A stretch of DNA of 62,871 nucleotides, the filler included, from Licmophora abbreviata (Eukaryota), in assembly GCA_900291995.1 (NCBI GenBank). It is 35 parts of 35 records of this genome, joined end to end, with 100 filler letters (N's around TTAATTAATTAA, not from the genome) between each part and the next. Parts side by side here need not be neighbours in the genome. Positions count along the whole stretch, not along the records: positions 35,197 to 36,880 come from OLMU01006516.1; positions 36,981 to 38,645 come from OLMU01006517.1; positions 38,746 to 40,405 come from OLMU01006518.1; positions 40,506 to 42,166 come from OLMU01006519.1; positions 42,267 to 43,914 come from OLMU01006520.1; positions 44,015 to 45,657 come from OLMU01006521.1; positions 45,758 to 47,398 come from OLMU01006522.1; positions 47,499 to 49,136 come from OLMU01006523.1; 27 more parts are not named here. One strand, given 5' to 3'. The stretch's first letter is position 1. Each line of letters starts with the position of its first letter. Below the pieces are notes generated by a model. That model ran no database searches and was not told where the DNA came from. It saw nothing but the letters and a program-made list of their open reading frames with translations. This document shows, piece by piece, positions 36,199-47,773 of this stretch. The translations under genes were made by a program, and so were the position numbers.

Positions 36199-36569
36199 TC
36201 TCGTAAAACAGGCTTTGGGAATTGGGAAGGTGTCTCGTTTGTTATCGGAGTGAAGGCGGGTTCGTACATGTAATAGCTGTCAGCTAGTTTTATAAACATA
36301 TTTTTTTGCCATAGGGGACCGACCACTTTTCTATACAGGGCGACGAAGATTTCGTCAATCGCCGGGATGCAAAAGTATTGGGCCATCACAGACGGGCGAA
36401 AAGTCCAAGCACCGAACTTTTGGTCTCGCGGGCGCGAGTGAGTCGAGTCGAATCCCGCGCCGTTTGATACGAGTGTGATTCTAGTCATCAAGTCAGTCCT
36501 GCCTTGCGGCCGGCGGCGGCGACGTAAAAAGAGAAGTCCATCATTGAAGCTCAAGATGCTGTGAGATTG

Positions 36570-36880
36570 ATGAGATCACAACTCTCCCCAGTTGAATTGC
36601 CTCCAATTCTGGCGATGAAAATGCCTCACGACGATACATCAAGCGCCGACGGCGGCGACCTGAAGGGTCTTGCCAACAGTGTTGCAGAAACCGAACTGCA
36701 GAGTCGCGTGAACGACCTGCAGAGACAACTTCGCACCGCAACCGACGCACTAAGACGGGTAAGGGGATCTGCACGCCCGGAGACATTCAGTCAAGGCGGA
36801 GACATGACAGCCGGATCGCACGCGCCCCTGGAGAAACGAGGCTATCTTTTCAAGTGGCAGGATCGGTCCATTGGTTGGGG
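36570..36880 (+). CDS. PH-domain protein N-terminus (probably oxysterol-binding-protein related)
   Basis: Coiled coil followed by EKRGYLFKW...GW PH-domain start. Confidence 0.6.
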
Positions 36881-37969
36881 NNNNNNNNNNNNNNNNNNNN
36901 NNNNNNNNNNNNNNNNNNNNNNNNTTAATTAATTAANNNNNNNNNNNNNNNNNNNNNNNNNNNNNNNNNNNNNNNNNNNNGTTCGTNTCGGGCTGTAACG
37001 CAACCGTCAGTTCATAGCAGCTCCGCCACAGATTTCAAGCGGCCGGCACCTTCGTTCAAACTACCTGGTACCTAGAACTGGGCCTGCACATCAATCAGCG
37101 CATACCACATACCGGTATCATACCAGGTACAGAATGGGGGTGGGGGGGGTATGTATGTGTCGCTCGACGCCGAAAAGACATTTGGGGGTACAACCCTCAA
37201 GGTGGGAGACGGGGAGCTGGGAGAGACGCGGTATTTAGCTACTTGCACTTGTAGGGTCCGGTGAAAGTGCAGCCCGTGAGTCTACTGGTATGCCTGATTG
37301 TAGAGCCGCGCAAATGGGACTGCACATGCACTTTGAAGCGTCGTGCACGTACCCACTTCATGTCGGGGTACGACAGCAGAATCGGCCATGGCCTACTGCC
37401 CTGGTGGTGCTTGGTGGAGGAATTGCTGTTTCCTCCTACTGCTGTGTGGGTATGTGGGAGTGGGTGCAGTAGCCTTCCCCCGGGCTCACACATCCTCTTG
37501 TTGCACTGGCACTGCCTGCAGCGAGTTTGGTTTCGTTTGTCGTGGTCGCTTCGTGGTGTGGCTATGGCGCTGCTTGCTTGTTTCTGCTCTTAAAATTAGA
37601 CCCACGACTACATTGCCCGGCCTACGAATGTGTTCACTGTCTTGCTCGCCGGACCTGGCATTTACGCCTTCCCCTACAGTCGATTGATTCATCTCGGTGC
37701 AAAGTGGCAGTTCGCCTCGGGAGTACAACACTTGTACCCGAGACACGATTAGCTAGGAACTTGAAACGGTGCAAACGTATGTCTCCAAGCCGACAATGCT
37801 AGTAGATGCTATCAGCATCATTGTAATCTTTGTTCGAATCGTATTGTATGGTACCGTACCTGCTCAGTCAGATCCAAATGACGGTAGTCACTACGTATTC
37901 GTCTACTAGCTATCTGTGCCAGATGTCCCGATAGCCCGGACGACAACCTGGGAAGGAAACCCAACCTCA

Positions 37970-38645
37970 TTATTTGTTCTTGTAATTCTTGAGGAAATCC
38001 AGCGTTTCAGTGCTGACCTCCTCCTTCGGTAGAACTCTTCCTCCACCTGCACCACCAGCAACGACGCCCACCCCTTCAGCATTTGGGTCCTTGATGACAG
38101 CAGGGTTCGTCTTCGGAGGCTCAGCCACAAGGTCAGATTTCTTAGCCGGGGCAGGCGCTGGAGCAGGTGCCGGCGCTGCCTTCCTCGCTTCGACAGCTTC
38201 GGTTCCTTTCTTCTCTCCTGTGTCCGTGTCCTTAGAGGCTGCATCCTTTTCGGCCTTCGCCTTGGCCTCTTCTGCAGCTTTTTTCTCTGCTTCTTCAGCC
38301 TTGGCGGCGGCCTTCTGTTCTACCTTTACTTTCGCGGCTGCGTCCTCGGCCTTTGCCGACTTCCTCTCCGCCGCCGCTTTCGCCTCGGCAGCTTCTCTCT
38401 CCGCTTTCGCAGCTGCTTGCTTCTCCGTCTTTACCTTGGCAGCAGCTGCGGCTGCTTCTTCTTTCGTCTTTGCCTTCGCCGCGGCAGCTTCAGCTTTGGC
38501 GGCATCCTTCTCTGCCTTCGCCGCAGCAGCGGCCTTCGCAGCTTCTGCCTTTGCAGCAGTCCTCGCAGCCTTCTGTTCCTTCGCAGCTTCTGCCTTTGCA
38601 GCTTCAACCTTCTGGGCTTTGGCAGCGCGGCGTTCGGCAGGAGCA
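37970..38645 (-). CDS. Ala/Lys/Glu-rich low-complexity helical protein, C-terminal part
   Basis: Open minus-strand frame AAKAEAAK..., PAPAPAPA, ending LDFLKNYKNK*; the listed plus-strand ORF 37989 is its antisense. Confidence 0.75.
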
Positions 38646-38745
38646 NNNNNNNNNNNNNNNNNNNNNNNNNNNNNNNNNNNNNNNNNNNNTTAATTAATTA
38701 ANNNNNNNNNNNNNNNNNNNNNNNNNNNNNNNNNNNNNNNNNNNN

Positions 38746-40405
38746 ATGTTGTCAGATATACGATGGCGATGGCGAGAGGGAAGCGAGATGGCGACTCATT
38801 ACCGGGAGCACCGATGGTCAGGTGCGAGTATTCGCTGTCAAGCCGCCACGTCGCGCATCTATTGCTAGCTCGACGATCGTAGTTGCCCGTGAAGATGGCG
38901 CGGACTCTTCGGAACTTGATCGCAACACTATTGCATTAGATGACACGACCCAATCAGCAGACGACGACGTATGTCACTATATTGGATCACTTATTCCACC
39001 TCCAAATGTGTCCACGTCCAAAGAGAAGATCAGCACCATACACTACCACCCGAACGGCAGATACGTCGGCATTCTTCACGGGAACTCGAAGACAGTCGAT
39101 GTCTATTTCATTCGTGGATCTGAAGACAGTTTTCGTAAGAAACAACGCCGCCTTCGTCGGCGACGAGAAAAGAAAGGAAAGATTGCTGAAACAAGTGCAG
39201 TACACAGTGGAAACAAAAGAGGTATCCTTGACGACCCGGAATCATCCGCCGATGAGGACGAAGGTTTAACTCAAGAAAACACTTTGGACCGCTCTCTACA
39301 TCCCGAAATGACGAAAGCATCAGATGAGTTTGAGTATTATGGAGCAGCCAGAGCCGCACACAAGGTTCGAGGCTTTGCCTTCATTCCATACAAGGAAAAG
39401 GCAGGGGGGCTAAGAATCGTATGTTCGCTCTCGACGAATGCCCTGGAAGTCGTCTCTCTCATCAAGAGAAAGCAAACGTAAGCTCACGGTGCTTGCAATG
39501 CTTGTCTTGGTTTCTACGGCGCGTTCTCACAATTTTGTGCGTGTGCGTACGATTTCTGCAGGGATAGGACGGACGTCGTTGTTGTGTCTGAGAGGGTGTC
39601 AATGCTGGACATGTACGGTCATCCCACTGGGATCAGATCGATTGCGTTGTCTTCAGATGATGATGTGGCATGCACTGTGTCCAAAAATGAACTAAAGGTA
39701 TGGAACGTCGCAACTCGATCGTGCATTCAGTCACTATCGCCGACGGACGGACCTGCCGGAAAGAAGAAGAGCGGCGCATGCTACGGGCTCTGTGTAACAT
39801 TTCTACCAGGAAACACCCATGTATTGTTGGGAACCCGCGAGGGCCACCTCTTTGTTATCGACATTGCTTCAGGGGATGTTGTGTTCCGAGAAGAGCGTGC
39901 GCACGAGGGAGCAATCTGGAGTATCGACGTTCGTCGTACGGCTTTGGAGCATCAGACCATCGCAGTCGTTACTGGATCAGCCGACAAAACTGTCAAGTTC
40001 TGGGATATCGAGGCACAAATAGAAGAGGAAGAGGGGGGCGCCACTGGTCAGCCCATGGTCGCTCATACGCGTACGTTACAGATGACAGATGACGTGGTGG
40101 CAGTTCGATATTCCAATTCCACCGATCCCGCAAAACGTTTGATATTTGCGTCTACGCTGGATTCCACAATTAAGGTCTTCTTCGATGACACACTGAAGTT
40201 CTTCCTCAGTCTTTATGGGCACAAGCTCCCGGCTCTTGCGGTCGATGCGAGCGAAGATGATAGCATTCTTGCCTCGTCTGGTGCCGACAAGACAGTAAAG
40301 ATTTGGGGACTAGACTTTGGGGACACACATCGCACTCTTCATGGGCATGAGGATTCTGTTACTGACCTTTGCTTTGTCAAACGAACACACAACTTCTTCA
40401 CATCG
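38746..40405 (+). CDS. WDR3: U3 snoRNP WD40 protein Utp12/Dip2, internal fragment; intron 39478-39561
   Basis: VTGSADKTVKFW, LDSTIKVFF.DTLKFFLSLYGHKLP, ADKTVKIWGLDFGD.HR. Confidence 0.93.
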
Positions 40406-40505
40406 NNNNNNNNNNNNNNNNNNNNNNNNNNNNNNNNNNNNNNNNNNNNTTAATTAATTAANNNNNNNNNNNNNNNNNNNNNNNNNNNNNNNNNNNNNNN
40501 NNNNN

Positions 40506-40844
40506 CCGACTTGGTGCTGAGTCGCTGTACAAATTGGGCTCGCGGATATCGATTTGTTGCCGACAAGCTCTTGGGAAAAGGCGCGCAGCTCGCGTCGGCA
40601 GAGTTTTCGGTGTCGACGCATCACTCCGTTCAACGTTCTTGTACGGATGTGGTGACACTTCGCAAGTTGTACTTGGCTGAGTTGAGTGTAGCGGCGGAGG
40701 CAGACGTGGATCTCTACTTTTGGACATGGAAGATGCCGCATGGGGGGAGACTTTCGATCTGCATGGTCATTCATGCATCTACTGTACCTGTTGGGGATGA
40801 CGGGATTCTCTAGTCCAGACGAGTCCGAAATTGAGTGTGGTTGA
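40506..40844 (+). CDS. GH5 exo-1,3-beta-glucanase-like C-terminus (frameshift in the G run at 40742-40747)
   Basis: YFWTWKMP; removing one G continues as GGDFRSAWSF..L. Confidence 0.6.
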
Positions 40845-40874
40845 GGTATGTTCTCATAACATTGCCATTTGTCG

Positions 40875-42026
40875 TTACGAATCGTCTACAATATGCGCCC
40901 CTTTACTTGGTCGCGTAATTTCCCATGTTTGAATCGCACCGGCTCCTTTCATGGCATGGGCCACAGCTTTCGCTCCTTGTATGGAACTCCATGCAACCCC
41001 GCAGCCGCCTCCTCCCGATCCAACCACCTTGAAGCCCCATGCACCCGCATCCATGGCAGCTTGTCGCATAGCCTCAAGTCTTTCTGTACTTAAACATAAA
41101 CCATCACGCAAGGCACCATGATGATTTCTCATCAAGGCACCCAGCTCCTTTCCCCACTCTATGCTATGATTGTTTTTCCACGCTTCATATGCAGCTCGTT
41201 CTGTATCCCGGTTGGTCAATGTTGCCTTGAGTAGTATTATCTCGTCTTGTGTCATCATGGTTGTAGCTGCATGGGATGGTGTATCCCACGACCCCCCAAG
41301 CTTCGCGAGTAGTTGCAGTCGGTCCTCTTTGCAGCGCCGCAAGTGTCGCAAAGTGTCTTTTGGTTGTCCGGAGTCTGCCAGTATCCAAACGCTACTACAC
41401 GACGATGACGGCCACGATAGACTCTCTGTCTGCCATTTCCCCGGACCGATGCGTAGAAGCCCCCCAACACAGCTCGTCACATGATCCATGGTTCCCCCCG
41501 GTGCACCGAAATGGGTCACTTCCACCGCGTGTGCCAGCTTGGCGAGTTGTAGTGGCGACAAGGCACTATTAGGTTCCGGAGACGAAAGGGTCGCCAACTG
41601 GATCAGCGCTTGCACCCACGCGACGCAAAAGGCAGAAGAGCTGCTGCATCCTTTTTGAATGGGAAGAGTGGTGGTGGACACGCACTTGGCGCCCCTCGGT
41701 AGCTTGTAGCCGGCTTTCAACACCTCCAGCACGCCCGCCAAACAGAAACAGTCGGGCTGCCGTGACCGTGATGGCACACTAGGAGGAGAAGTAGAAAAGC
41801 AATCGGCCGATCGGAGCTGCTGCAAGTCGCACTTCCATTCTTGCGCCCCAATCTCGTCCGACAGAAACTGAAGCTCCAGCATGCTCGAATCCATGAGTGG
41901 CGTGACGTGAATGCGACACGAGAGAGGCAGCGCAAGCGCCATCACGGGTAAGTCGAGGTAATCCTGGTGTTCTCCAAACAAACAGAGTCGTCCCGGAGCA
42001 ACGGATGTGAAAGACGAGGATGACAT
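40875..42026 (-). CDS. GHMP kinase (galactokinase-like)
   Basis: APGRLCLFGEHQDY, PIQKGCSSSSA, GTMDH, KVVGSGGGG. Confidence 0.9.
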   Translation of the reverse strand: MSSSSFTSVAPGRLCLFGEHQDYLDLPVMALALPLSCRIHVTPLMDSSMLELQFLSDEIGAQEWKCDLQQLRSADCFSTSPPSVPSRSRQPDCFCLAGVLEVLKAGYKLPRGAKCVSTTTLPIQKGCSSSSAFCVAWVQALIQLATLSSPEPNSALSPLQLAKLAHAVEVTHFGAPGGTMDHVTSCVGGLLRIGPGKWQTESLSWPSSSCSSVWILADSGQPKDTLRHLRRCKEDRLQLLAKLGGSWDTPSHAATTMMTQDEIILLKATLTNRDTERAAYEAWKNNHSIEWGKELGALMRNHHGALRDGLCLSTERLEAMRQAAMDAGAWGFKVVGSGGGGCGVAWSSIQGAKAVAHAMKGAGAIQTWEITRPSKGAHIVDDS

Positions 42027-42266
42027 GAGGATGCGGGAGTGATATAAGATCGACGAGGGCAACTATGACTGATGTGGAAGAAACCGCGACAGTCGCGGGC
42101 CAAGGTGTGTTCGCCATCATCACTCACAACTTGAAACTCACAATCGGCGCGTGCGACCATCACAAANNNNNNNNNNNNNNNNNNNNNNNNNNNNNNNNNN
42201 NNNNNNNNNNTTAATTAATTAANNNNNNNNNNNNNNNNNNNNNNNNNNNNNNNNNNNNNNNNNNNN

Positions 42267-42665
42267 GTCACAGGTGGGTTGGAACGTGTCAGATTGCTCA
42301 TCCACCAGTCTCATGAGTAGCCGTTGCGCCTTTGCGGCCTCTCTGCGTTCTCCAAAGTCTAGCATAAGCGTTCTCAAGATGGCAACATCGCCCTCGTTGA
42401 GGTCACCAGCGGGAACGAGCAAGAGCCGCGAGAGCTGCTGGTCCAAATCAGAGGAATCGCTGTCGGCATCTCCACTCTCTAGTTCCTCAGGTATCGATTT
42501 TACTCCATTTGCATTGCCATAGACCGGAATAGATCTTGTCGCAAAAAGCAGCGGCGCGCGAGTCTTTCCGAGGTTGAGGACCGAGCATCGACGCACGGGC
42601 GGAGTTACTATAGAAAGTGCACGTGCCGATGACGACGACAACATCAGTGCCACAAATTTCATCAT
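42267..42665 (-). CDS. Signal-peptide-bearing hypothetical protein, N-terminal fragment
   Basis: MMKFVALMLSSSSARAL followed by a transit-like region; runs off the contig. Confidence 0.45.
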
Positions 42666-43101
42666 GTTCGGAGGTCTTTCAACTCTTCGAATGTCCTTCC
42701 CTGAAGTTCTGGAGTCTCCCGGCACCAATTGAGTCGAAGATATTCAATACAGACCCGCTTCCTTCGTTTCGCAACACAGAGACGACGAGAGAGCGAGCAA
42801 ATATGATGCATCACGCACAGCCATCAGCCATCAGCCATCATCGTCACATGGGCGTGCGCAGTCGACTACTGCGACTGCTAGATACCTGCTAGTAAAAAGT
42901 ACTATAGCTGCACAATGTACTATACTCGTAGATACTCGAGTACACCGGAAATCGTCTTGGTGAGCTGATTATGCCGCGGCGCGATGGCGGTCAAAGTTTT
43001 ACCATCACACCATCGCGTGCGATGCTATTACATGCTGCAACATATTATCTCCATCGATCCCCTCGTCAGTGTTTCACAGTTTACATCCATTAATCTACAA
43101 G

Positions 43102-43395
43102 ATGACAGCAGCAGAAGAAGCTGCGCAGCTAGATTCAGTTACAGATGTAGTTCAAGAAAAGGAGCTCGACGCTTCCATGGCTCAGGCTGCCATGTCGTCG
43201 CTCAAGAACGCAAAACAGGAAAAGAAGGATTCGGCCTCCAAGATTGCCGTGTCAAAAGAGGACGTCACACTTATCATGTCCCAAATGGAGGTCACAGAAG
43301 ATGAAGCGACGAAAGTTCTGCGAGAAGTCGCGGGTGAGGTCGGGGAAGGCCAATCCTTGGTCGAAATGGCCTTGCGAAAGCTAGTCGTATCGTGA
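43102..43395 (+). CDS. HYPK: Huntingtin-interacting protein K homolog
   Basis: LDSVTDVVQEKELD, VSKEDVTLIMSQMEVTEDEA..VLRE UBA-like C-terminus. Confidence 0.85.
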   Translation: MTAAEEAAQLDSVTDVVQEKELDASMAQAAMSSLKNAKQEKKDSASKIAVSKEDVTLIMSQMEVTEDEATKVLREVAGEVGEGQSLVEMALRKLVVS

Positions 43396-43504
43396 GAGTA
43401 ATATACCATCGTTGATATTACATTCTCACCGATCGACGTCTACTGCAAGTAGACTTCTAGTATGATATAGACGACTTTACGATTTCCTTTACCTTCAGAT
43501 CTAA

Positions 43505-43914
43505 CTACACGGAAAATGGATATCTTGCAAACACTTCTTGAGACATGGGGTCATCCGAGCTCCCCACTACGATTCGTTCCACGGCCGCCCAAGCACTCAT
43601 GCTCCCTTGATCAGTGCACAGTCTCGGCGGAGGAACTAACATGGTCCAAGGCTCTGGTCGATCCGCACAAATCATCTCTAAACGAGTGCGCAGTTCTGTA
43701 TTCGCGGCAACCCCTCCAACCACAGCAAGTGTTCGTATACCGTCTTCTTCCATCAGACCGATAGCTCGTTCGAGTCGCTCTTCAATGTGCCGTATCGCCA
43801 CATTCTGGAATGACGCTGCTACGTCGGCCTTGTCTTGTCGTGAGAGTTCGTCGATAGATTCTAGACCGCGTTCAATCCGCAGCTTGTCCGTCGCAATGCG
43901 CACTGCCGTCTTCA
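43505..43914 (-). CDS. Organellar tRNA t6A enzyme (TsaD/Qri7 family), C-terminal fragment
   Basis: ADVAASFQ, VVGGVAAN..LR, PPPRLCTD.G.M.AWA. Confidence 0.9.
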
Positions 43915-44014
43915 NNNNNNNNNNNNNNNNNNNNNNNNNNNNNNNNNNNNNNNNNNNNTTAATTAATTAANNNNNNNNNNNNNNNNNNNNNNNNNNNNNN
44001 NNNNNNNNNNNNNN

Positions 44015-45657
44015 CCAGTTCGGCGCGTTCGGCGGCCAGTTCCTCGGGGCGAGCGGAGGCTTCGGTCAGCTCGGCCTGCGCGGCCTCCTTGCGTTCGGCC
44101 AGTTCGGCGCTGCGCTTTTCGGCGGTGTCCAGACGGTGCCGCCAGCCGCTGATTTCCTTGGTGACTTCCTGCGAGCGCCGGATGCGCGCTTCGCCTTCGC
44201 GGCGCAGTTCGTCATGGGCCGACCGCTTGGCCATCATCGTCATGCGCGCGGCTTCGACCGTCATCTTGACATCTTCGACCTCGGCGCGGGCGGCATCGAG
44301 ATCGCCCAGATCCTTGACGCCTTTTTCGGCCTCGGCCAGTTGGGCGCGTGCGGCGAGCGCCTCTTCCTCGTGGCGGGTGACGGCAAGGCCCAAGGATTCG
44401 AGCTTGGAGTCGGCGAGGTTGCGATCGGCCTCGGCGCGGCTGAGGGCGCGGTTGGCTTGTGTCATTTCGGCATCGGCGGCGCGGCGGGCCTCGCGGGCCT
44501 GCCTGTCGGCCTCGGTCAGATCGGCAAGGCGCTGGCGGAGGGTTTCATGGGCCTGCACCGCGCCTTCGGCGCTGGCGGAGGCATGGGCCATTTGCTGCTT
44601 GAGCTCTTCCAGACGGTTGAGCTGCTGGAGGCGCAGGGCGGCAGCGGAGGGCGCATCCTCGGCCCAGGCGCGGAACCCGTCCCAGCGCCACAGATCACCC
44701 TCGGTGGTCACAAGGCGCTGACCGGGCTTGAGCAGGGGTTGCAGGCGGGGACCATCCTCGGGGTCGACAAGGCCGATCTGGGACATGCGGCGCACCAGAA
44801 CTTCGGGCACGTTGACATGCGCCGAAAGGGCCGTGACGCCATCGGGAAGGGTCTGAGACTGCGGATAGCCGGGAAGGATGGCCCAGCCTGAGGGGCCATC
44901 GGCATCGACCTGGGGGGCGCGCAGATCATCGGCCAGCGCCGCGCCGAGCGCCTTTTCATAGCCGGGGGCCACCTGCAGAAGATCGAGGATCTGGCCGCCT
45001 TCGGCAGTGTCGCGCTGCACGAGCCGCGCCAGCGCCGTGACTTCTGCGGAGAGCGCGTTCAGCTCGCCCTCGGCCTCGGAGCGTTCCGAGCGGGCGGTGG
45101 CTTCGCGGCTCTGGGTTTCGGAGCGGGCGTCGTCGGCAGCATTGAGCGCCTCTTCGGCGGCGGCGGCCTTGGCGACGGCGGCGGCCTCAGCACCTTGGGC
45201 GGTTTCGAAATCGCGAGCAGCCTGCGAAAGCGCGTCACGGGCGGTGCCTGCGGCATCGCGGGCGCGGGCGGCTTCGGTTTCGCTTTTCTCGAGCGTCTTG
45301 CGGCTGTCGGACAGGAACCGCTGCGCCGATTGGTGACGTGCGGCAAGGCGGGCCACATCCTCGGTCAGTTCGCTGAGATGGGTTTCCCGGTCCTGAAGGA
45401 TTTGCGCGGCGTCACGGGCATCCTCGGCGGCGGCGGTGAGGCGGTCCTGATGCCCTTCGCCAGCCTTGGCCAGTTCGCGGGCTTCCCATTCGAGCCGGTC
45501 GATGGTTTCGCCCGCGTCGCGGTTGAGCCCGGCTTCGCGCTCCATGTCGCGGGTCAGTTGCTCAATCCGGCCCTGCAGGGTTTCGATCCGGGCGCGGGCG
45601 TTTTCCTCTTGTTCATTGAGGGTGTCGCGATGGACCTGAAGGCGCTGGAGGATGGCG
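44015..45657 (-). CDS. smc: Chromosome segregation protein SMC, hinge-spanning fragment (bacterial)
   Basis: Coiled coils flanking GYEKALGAALADDL and GQRLVT.EGDLWRWDG; high GC. Confidence 0.93.
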
Positions 45658-45757
45658 NNNNNNNNNNNNNNNNNNNNNNNNNNNNNNNNNNNNNNNNNNN
45701 NTTAATTAATTAANNNNNNNNNNNNNNNNNNNNNNNNNNNNNNNNNNNNNNNNNNNN

Positions 45758-47398
45758 GACCCTGGGAGACCCATCTGATTTTGATGGGGGTCACTGCCCG
45801 GACGAAGACTTTGTGATTATGAGTGGCGCCAGTGCAAACTGGTTTCCCCGTCTTTACAATCTGATCGGGTCCATCCATGTTTGGGAACCACATAGACGTA
45901 TTGAGGTCTACGACTTTGGTCTCAATGAGACCCAGCTGTGCTTGCTGAACGCAACTGCAAACGTGACGGTTGTCAATCTTCCCACAAGCGACATCGACGC
46001 CGAGAACCACCCTCATCGCGCGGATCTCGGCTCTTATGCATGGAAGTCATTGGTGGTGCGAGATGGCTTGCGTCGTCATGCATGTGTCATGTGGCTGGAC
46101 TCCGGTATGGAGCTACGTCGCAGCATCTCGGAGATTCGCCACGATCTTGATCGCGACGGATACTGGTTTTCAGCCGATGGCCATTTCTCACCTTCAACAT
46201 ACCCGAACCCAAAGTTCACACCATTGGTTGCGCTTCAAAACTTGGGTGATAACGTGACGTTCGATAGATTCCTACCGTATAACTACCGCGAGATCTGCGC
46301 GACCTTCCTCGGAATGGCGCGTACAGGACCGGCCGCCCGTCTAGTGCTTGAGCCGTGGGTCGAGTGTTCGATGAATGCGACGTGCCTTCTGCCTCTACCT
46401 CATCTTACGCGCGCGAACTATCTACAAGACCAGACGATGCTGAACGTATTGGTGTTCCGACCAGGCGGGTTTGCTGAATATCTCCGAAGTGCCAATCCGA
46501 TCCGCCGCGCCAAGTCAGCCACAGGGTGCTCGGCCATAGACGGGTGGGCAAGTCACGCTGGTCTCAAGGACTGTCCCAGCCTATGTCCCCACGATATTGT
46601 GCACATGTCGTCACGCTACTGGCTTCATAGCTTTGAACCGTTGAGGGCAGACTCTGGACCGAACATGCTAACTGAAGACCCGCTTGACCAGAATGACGCT
46701 GTGCTGTTCACGCGTCGCGGCTACGGCAGTCATCCATACGCGCCGCACGTTCAGGTGACGAAACAAGGGATGACACCCGACGAGACGATGGAATCTTGTC
46801 TGGTGAACAACGCCAGAGACAGCGACCTGGTCGGTGCGTCAACAGCAATGACAAACAAGACCGTGAGGTGGAAGGAGCGGTTTGGCGAAATGCGCTCACC
46901 ACGCTCCGTTCTGCTCTCCAATACTTCTCGGGGTAGCAAGCGTCCTTTCCATATGGCCATGTGTACCGCCATTCGTAACGAGGCGCCCTACCTGGCAGAG
47001 TGGATCGAGTACCATCACATGCTCGGTGTCGATCATTTTTGGCTGTACGAGGACGGCTCTAGTGACAACTGGGCCGAGGTACTAGAGCCGTACGTGAAGG
47101 AGAACTTGGTGACGATCGATCGTCAGTTTCTGTCGCGATTCCACCAAGCGGCCACGCTAGAGCATTGTCTTGCTCAACATCAGTTTGATGTGGATTGGCT
47201 TGGGTTTATGGATATCGATGAGTATATTGCCATTGTGCCGCCACTACAGTCTCTTACTGAGTTGGTGGCTCGATACGAGAATTACGCCGGCTTGTTCCTC
47301 GCGTCGAAAGCGTTTGGACCAAGCGGGCACATGAACCGGTCAGGAGACCTCACCATTGCAAGCTACACACGGTACAAAGAATGTCATGATTGCGAAAC
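45758..47398 (+). CDS. Two-domain glycosyltransferase-like protein (DUF1647-like + GT92/GT2-like)
   Basis: VYDFGL...YAWK...MWLDSG in the first domain; RNEAPYLAEWIEYH..LGVDHFWLY.D.S.D and DIDEY in the second. Confidence 0.8.
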
Positions 47399-47498
47399 NN
47401 NNNNNNNNNNNNNNNNNNNNNNNNNNNNNNNNNNNNNNNNNNTTAATTAATTAANNNNNNNNNNNNNNNNNNNNNNNNNNNNNNNNNNNNNNNNNNNN

Positions 47499-47607
47499 CA
47501 ACTTTCTACTTTGGAACGGTCAGTCTTGGGGCAGTGTCAATCGGCTGGCGACCTGTACGGGGGTGAAGAAGCATCAGCCGTTCTTGTTCCTCTGGAAACG
47601 CAATTGA
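47499..47607 (+). CDS. 3' end of a paralog of the WxGxxW-repeat gene at 10319-11254
   Basis: NFLLWNGQSWGSVNRLATCTGVKKHQPFLFLWKRN* aligns without gaps to 10427-10319. Confidence 0.85.
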
Positions 47608-47773
47608 TCGTACGTATCCTGACATTCCAATTCGCCCTCACTCAGCCGACAAACAGAATTTTGTCTTTTTTCAACGCTAGGTTCCGTCAGCATATACATA
47701 TATCATAAACCCAATAGGAGGAGACGTATGGGACACTTGCTTGCACTCTTTGTCGTCGTGGTAAACCTAGCGC

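Noticed and set aside
37130..37160. G-rich tract followed by TGT as a retroelement PPT/LTR start
   Set aside because: No pol sequence upstream and no matching LTR end could be identified.
37989..38693. Ala/Ser/Phe-rich plus-strand ORF
   Set aside because: It is the reverse complement of the AKE-rich minus-strand coding frame.
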